Origin: Acidobacteriota bacterium
GTDB lineage: Bacteria > Acidobacteriota > UBA6911
DNA length: 64,000 bases
Direction: 5' to 3'
Assembly: GCA_963664705.1 (NCBI GenBank)
Contig: OY761556.1
Location: 3,488,001 to 3,552,000 of the forward strand
A program made the translations under genes and the position numbers. Below the pieces are notes generated by a model. That model had not been told where the DNA came from and searched no databases. It was given only the letters and a program-made list of their open reading frames with translations. This document shows, one piece after another, positions 60,178-64,000 of the stretch. Numbering within the stretch: position 1 is the first letter of the stretch; each line of letters begins with the position of its first letter.

Positions 60178-63100
60178 TTAGAACAGCAGCTTCAATCCCA
60201 TCCGCATTGTTCGACTGCCGCCGCTGATCTGCGTGAAGTTCAAAAATAGTCCGGCTCCGGTTCCGTTAACCGTCTTGGTGACAGATCCGGGACTATCGAA
60301 ATTCTCATGATTCAGCAGGTTGAAAATTTCCGCCCTGTATTCCAGTCTGACCTTTTCGGTAAACCGGAAAGTCTTCAGGGCATTCAGATTGACGCTGGAA
60401 TAACCGGAAGTATACACGCTGTTTCTCCCAGCCGTGTTTGCTCCGGGTACGCTGTATGAAGTAACGGCAATCCAACGCACCTGATCGGAGGTCGTGCAAC
60501 CATAGCCGTTCGATGCACTGGCTGTGACATTCAGATCCCGCAACCCCGAAGGGCAGGCGGAAGCCGATGCAGCCCCAACCGGAACGGTAACGGCGCGAGT
60601 GTCCACGGGAGCATTCGGATTTCCTACATCCGGACGCAGTGCGGTCGCATCCGCTCCCCCTTCATACATTCGGTCAAATCCATTGAGAACAGTGTAAGGA
60701 ACTCCCGAACGGAAGGTAAGGGTACTGGCGGTACTCCACCCACCCAGAATTTGTCCCAGGATTCCGCTCTTGGGTCCGCGAATATCCCACATCAAAGATG
60801 TCGACCACATATGACGTCGATCGTTATCCGATGGCCCGTAGTCGATGTTGCCGCTCAGCCCCATACGCTCAACCAGGATGGGAGAGATGGACGCATTCTG
60901 CGGGGAACCGTTCGTAGCAAAGGTCTCGGTCCCGGTATCCATATTCCGTGACCAGGTATAGTTACTGTCGAAAGACAGTCCACCCACCGGAGTATTGCTG
61001 AACCTGCGGCGAATACCCAGCTGCATGGAGTTGTAATTGCCATTCACGAACGAAGCACGGATCTGGCGAGCACCGATGGTTGAGACTATGCGGGAACCGA
61101 ATCCGTTCAGAGCCGCATTGGGCAAATAGGGATTCATCGCAACGGTCCTGAATTGCTTCCGTGTAACCGAACCCACATAGGCAATATCAAGTACCGTCTT
61201 CCCCAAAATCTCCCGTTGAATGCCCAGTGACCAGCGCTGCGTATACGGATTGCGAATATTCGCGTCAAACTGTGACGAAGCACTGGACAGATCGTCGACC
61301 GCAGTCGGAACCAGGGATGGCAGAACAGCCGAAAGGTTGCTTAGCCCTCTAGGTGTTGCCGCCGTCGACGAGGATGGAACGGGAACATTGGCCAAGGCGT
61401 TGGGTGAACCGGCCGCCATGTTTGAGAGAAGGTTGTTGTACCAGGTATCATAGGTAAGCTGATACCCGCCACGAACCACCAGCTTGCCTTTGCCAAAAAG
61501 CTTGGCAAGCAGTTTGTTTGCAAGCCAGCCACTCTTCGGATCCGGATTCCAGGCAAACCCGAAACTGGGCCCGAAATTGTTATTATCCGGATTTACCTTG
61601 GTCGAGGTTGTAATGGCGCCTGGCGTGTTGCCTGTATAGGCCGGATATTTGAAGCTATTGGCGGGCTGCCCGAAATTCTCGTAGCGAATTCCGTAATTCA
61701 ATGTGAGATGCTGCGTGACCTTCCATCCATCCTGGGCAAACAGAGTCCAACGGAACAGATTCGGATAGTAGATTCCGCTGCCAAATGTTATCGACACAGG
61801 ACCGCTGGATGTGCCGGCGTAATCGTCAATCCAGTTTGCCATGCTTGTCACACCGCCAGGCACCAGGGTGCTGCTGGAGGTGGAGAAGTAGGAAGCTGTG
61901 CCACGATAGTTGAAGGGCGCCTGCTGTCTTGCCAGCTGGCGCAGAATATCTCCACCGAAGCGGATGGAATGAGTCCCCCTGATTGTGGTGGCCGTATCCT
62001 GGTATTGATAGGAGTTTGAAACTCGCCCCTGCGGATACGTGCTGCTGACTCCAATGGAAGATAATCCGGTCAGGCTTATCTGCGGCAGCGTATTGCCTAC
62101 GGATTCGGGATTTGCCAGGGGATATCCCAAATTCACCCTCTGGAAGTTGAATCGGACTTCATTCGTTGTGTGATTCGAAATCATGTAGGTATGGTTCACG
62201 GCCACACCAAAGCTCTTTTCCGAATAGAGAGTACTGAAATCCGGCGTGAAGCCGATGGAATCCGGAGAATTCGTCGTTCGGTTGTAGAGCCATCGAACCA
62301 TGAAATACTGCTTATTGGAGATCTGGTGGTCAAACCGGATCTGATGATTGTTATTGAGATAGACGGTCGGCGCAAACAAGGTTGCAATAGCGGTTTCCAC
62401 GGTCTGCCCCGTGCGGGCTCCGCCGCTGCAGGAAGTCGAAGCCAGGCTGGCCGGCAAGGCAATGCTGTACGCGGACGCACTGTTGGCCGGATTGCCACGC
62501 AAACTACCCAGGAAGCCAAGATAGGACGCCACATTGGCACAGGTGGTCGCCAATGGTTTCAATACCTGGTACCCAGCCTCGGTGGGCACGCGGTAGCTTG
62601 CCTGGGTTCCGCCATCCGAATAACGGTCCCACTGACCAGCAACGAAAATGAAGGTCTTGTCTTTTCCATTGTAAATGTGGGGAATGACGACAGGAGAACC
62701 AAAGGTGAAAGCCGGGATATTCTCCTTGAATACCGGCTTGAGCGGATTGCCGCTGCCGGGAACATATGCAAGCCGCTGAGTGCGAGTGGATGCATTCAAA
62801 CGCTGCGATCGGTAAACCCAGGCCAAAGTACCGGCAGGGTTGTTGGTTCCCGACTTGATAATCTGATTGATGACGGCGCCGCCAGCGCGTCCGAATTCAG
62901 CGCTGAAATTGGAGGTTTGAATGGCCACTTCCTGCAACGCATCATTGTTGGTCAGGATCAGGCCCGGTCCGGCAACCGAAATATCGTTATTTTCCACGCC
63001 ATCGATCATGTAGTTGTTTGAACGGGCGCGGGCACCGTTTACCGATCCCACACCGCCGCCAACACCTGTCTGGTTAGTCGTAACGCCGGGGAGCAGCAGG

Positions 63101-63573
63101 ATCAGGTTCGTGGAATCCTGTCCACTGATCGGCAGCTGTGCCAGGGATCGCTCGGTGATATTTGTCCCGCGTTTCTCTTCATTCAGCTGGACCTCTGCAG
63201 CCTCGCCCTTTACCGTAACGGTTACATTCTCAGTCGCCACGGCCAAAACTGGATCAACGGCCGCCGTCTGGTTGGCGGAAACCTTGATCTGTTTAACCAC
63301 AAATGTGCTGAAGCCCGTCATCTTGACGGTCAAATCATAATTTCCTAAATCCACGGCGTCGAAACGAAAGATTCCAACCTCGTTGGTAACTTCCGACCGG
63401 GTGGAATTGGTTTCCGTCCGGGTCAGCTCTACCGTGGCTCCAGCGACAACGCCACCCTGCTGATCCGTGACCACGCCTAAGACGGTTCCACGGCTTGTTT
63501 GTGCGTAGCTATTGCCCAGTAAACTAAGCAACAGTACACACACAAACAAGAAGATAGCCCTTTTCCCAATCAT
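60178..63573 (-). CDS. Oar-like TonB-dependent outer-membrane receptor with N-terminal carboxypeptidase-regulatory-like domain
   Basis: Signal peptide; 'GVVTDQQGGVVAGATV', 'VNGARARSNNYMIDG', 'TSNFSAEFGRAGG', 'FAQDGWKVT..LTLNYGIRYE', C-terminal 'RAEIFNLLNH...RTMRMGLKLLF'. Confidence 0.93.
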   Translation of the reverse strand: MIGKRAIFLFVCVLLLSLLGNSYAQTSRGTVLGVVTDQQGGVVAGATVELTRTETNSTRSEVTNEVGIFRFDAVDLGNYDLTVKMTGFSTFVVKQIKVSANQTAAVDPVLAVATENVTVTVKGEAAEVQLNEEKRGTNITERSLAQLPISGQDSTNLILLLPGVTTNQTGVGGGVGSVNGARARSNNYMIDGVENNDISVAGPGLILTNNDALQEVAIQTSNFSAEFGRAGGAVINQIIKSGTNNPAGTLAWVYRSQRLNASTRTQRLAYVPGSGNPLKPVFKENIPAFTFGSPVVIPHIYNGKDKTFIFVAGQWDRYSDGGTQASYRVPTEAGYQVLKPLATTCANVASYLGFLGSLRGNPANSASAYSIALPASLASTSCSGGARTGQTVETAIATLFAPTVYLNNNHQIRFDHQISNKQYFMVRWLYNRTTNSPDSIGFTPDFSTLYSEKSFGVAVNHTYMISNHTTNEVRFNFQRVNLGYPLANPESVGNTLPQISLTGLSSIGVSSTYPQGRVSNSYQYQDTATTIRGTHSIRFGGDILRQLARQQAPFNYRGTASYFSTSSSTLVPGGVTSMANWIDDYAGTSSGPVSITFGSGIYYPNLFRWTLFAQDGWKVTQHLTLNYGIRYENFGQPANSFKYPAYTGNTPGAITTSTKVNPDNNNFGPSFGFAWNPDPKSGWLANKLLAKLFGKGKLVVRGGYQLTYDTWYNNLLSNMAAGSPNALANVPVPSSSTAATPRGLSNLSAVLPSLVPTAVDDLSSASSQFDANIRNPYTQRWSLGIQREILGKTVLDIAYVGSVTRKQFRTVAMNPYLPNAALNGFGSRIVSTIGARQIRASFVNGNYNSMQLGIRRRFSNTPVGGLSFDSNYTWSRNMDTGTETFATNGSPQNASISPILVERMGLSGNIDYGPSDNDRRHMWSTSLMWDIRGPKSGILGQILGGWSTASTLTFRSGVPYTVLNGFDRMYEGGADATALRPDVGNPNAPVDTRAVTVPVGAASASACPSGLRDLNVTASASNGYGCTTSDQVRWIAVTSYSVPGANTAGRNSVYTSGYSSVNLNALKTFRFTEKVRLEYRAEIFNLLNHENFDSPGSVTKTVNGTGAGLFLNFTQISGGSRTMRMGLKLLF

Positions 63574-64000
63574 GCCTCACTTCTCCTTGAAGTAATTGCT
63601 ACTGCATTCAACCACACATTCCCTTACCCGAGGCGCTTGACAACAGAATACGCTGCAAAAAAAATCTCGCTGAATCCCCAGGCGCGCAAAAGGGTTCAAT
63701 ATTTCTATAACTTAAACCAAAAATCAATGAATAATTGGCGAAGGATCTTGGCTATATCCAGCGAAAACAATTCACTAAAACAATGCATACAAATACTTTA
63801 TATGTATTTCCACAGATTATTTCGCATATAAAACCAAGTCATTGTATTGATACATTTACTAATGCATTTACACTATTTTGAATAAAAACGACCTGGAGTC
63901 TTGAGGCGGGACAGACAAAAAAAGTCGGCAGCAGGTTTTGCGACCTACTGCCGACTGAGGACAAAACGACCGGCACCTGACGACGGAGTTACCGCCAGTT

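Noticed and set aside
63880-64000. Hairpin and repeated AAAACGACC near the window end
   Set aside because: The hairpin looks like an ordinary terminator and the context is cut by the window edge, so nothing more can be supported.

Overview
64 kb of a bacterial chromosome, GC-rich by eye. The host is probably an anaerobic Acidobacteriota-type organism, inferred from an Oar-like TonB-dependent receptor, HydG and the three-gene sdh/frd operon. Most of the window is ordinary metabolism and signalling: moaB, cstA, sdhCAB, radical SAM enzymes, lhr, TolC/HlyD, xdhC, aroK/aroQ, hydG, dcp, comM, hflX. Five things stand out. (1) Four genes are interrupted by an in-frame UGA that very probably encodes selenocysteine: three paralogous ~560-580 aa signal-peptide proteins with a U-x-x-C motif (UGSC-like), which the ORF track splits in two, and the small CstA partner YbdD/YjiX ending R-U-C-stop. 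Each UGA is followed by a hairpin whose loop contains G-U-N. (2) A 7.1 kb integrase-less island (RHS toxin, probable immunity gene, orphan RHS tip, two HTH genes) is bracketed by 483-bp direct repeats of the comM 3' end. comM is intact, the copies differ almost only at synonymous sites, and a second 56-bp motif recurs behind both copies. (3) An ATACNTAT tandem motif recurs in four intergenic regions, one directly at the start of a small RHH-type gene. (4) hflX appears to need a non-AUG start. (5) One convergent intergenic region holds an IS110 stub with its upstream non-coding end, an inverted REP pair and a deleted group IIC intron. All calls come from reading the sequence and recognising motifs; no database search was run.
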